From the NCBI GenBank assembly GCA_020634075.1, contig JACKCJ010000011.1, positions 9,130 through 73,129 on the forward strand: a stretch of DNA of 64,000 nucleotides, in the 5' to 3' direction. The position numbers were made by a program, and so were the translations under genes. Under the pieces are notes generated by a model. It worked only from the letters and a program-made list of their open reading frames with translations. It was not told the origin of the DNA and did not search any database. Below, piece by piece: positions 63,798 to 64,000 of the stretch. Numbering within the stretch: position 1 is the stretch's first letter; each line of letters begins with the position of its first letter. The DNA is from Dehalococcoidia bacterium (GTDB lineage: Bacteria > Chloroflexota > Dehalococcoidia > UBA2979).

Positions 63798-64000
63798 TCA
63801 CACCGCCCGCGTCGCGCCGCTCTCCCGGAGTGCGGCGATCTCGTCCCAGGTGAACTCGGCGGCGAGGAGGATCTCCTCGGTGTGCTGGCCGAGCTCCGGG
63901 CCGCCGCCCTGGACGGCCGTCGGCGTGGCGCTCATGCGGATCGCCGGACCGGGCACGCGCATCCTCCCGAGGTTGGGCGTGTCGATCTCCTGCAGGTAGC
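63798..64000 (-). CDS. Family III CoA-transferase, 3' end only (runs off the window)
   Basis: The minus-strand translation ...PAIRMSATPTAVQGGGPELGQHTEEILLAAEFTWDEIAALRESGATRAV* matches the CaiB/BaiF C-terminal pattern. This gene is not in the ORF track because it has no start codon within the window. Confidence 0.7.
   Translation of the reverse strand, partial: YLQEIDTPNLGRMRVPGPAIRMSATPTAVQGGGPELGQHTEEILLAAEFTWDEIAALRESGATRAV

Noticed and set aside
1-64000. Search for CRISPR arrays, IS elements or transposases, prophage genes, toxin-antitoxin pairs and known defence systems.
   Set aside because: I saw no regularly spaced direct repeats, no transposase, integrase or recombinase motifs, and no phage structural genes. 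No nuclease, ATPase or helicase gene clusters typical of defence islands were visible either.

Overview
Very GC-rich bacterial chromosomal window; third codon positions are almost all G/C, which creates many long spurious shadow ORFs. It is gene-dense: about 65 protein genes and one tRNA-Pro(GGG). I saw no rRNA, CRISPR array, transposase, integrase, phage genes or recognisable defence system. All calls rest on motifs read by eye from the supplied translations and DNA; no homology search was run. Gene style suggests a Terrabacteria-type organism (Actinomycetota or Chloroflexota-like), but this cannot be proven from here. The clues are lipobox lipoproteins, ThyX plus Dut, split ADP-forming acetyl-CoA synthetase, strong GGAGG Shine-Dalgarno (SD) ribosome-binding sites, and many ATGA/GTGA coupled starts. 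Most content is housekeeping or metabolic: kup, mfd-pth, cysteine desulfurase, plsY, aqpZ, dut, nfo, thyX, a sirtuin, a TlpA-like protein, two hybrid sensor kinases, and several GNAT, HAD and CoA-transferase paralogs. Points worth a second look: (1) A copper locus at the left edge: a 5'-truncated tandem-repeat protein with an HExQHAxSH histidine ladder, then CopC, then a CopC-CopD-Ig-like-cytochrome c fusion. (2) A roughly 3.9 kb block (54.5-58.4 kb) where three adjacent, clearly recognisable genes (fabF, a GNAT, a family III CoA-transferase) carry at least nine single-base frameshifts, all at short homopolymers; I saw none elsewhere. This is either a local consensus error or block pseudogenisation. 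(3) A 340-nt non-coding, structured leader ending in a strong plus-strand intrinsic terminator just upstream of an APH-family kinase. (4) A tightly packed 7.7 kb minus-strand gene string: NuoI-like, NuoG-like, DUF402, two paralogous small membrane-anchored proteins, a Lon N-domain protein and a hybrid kinase. (5) Several orphan regulatory-looking palindromes, terminators and small ORFs. I cannot point to a clear novel multi-gene system; the candidates above are ranked honestly.
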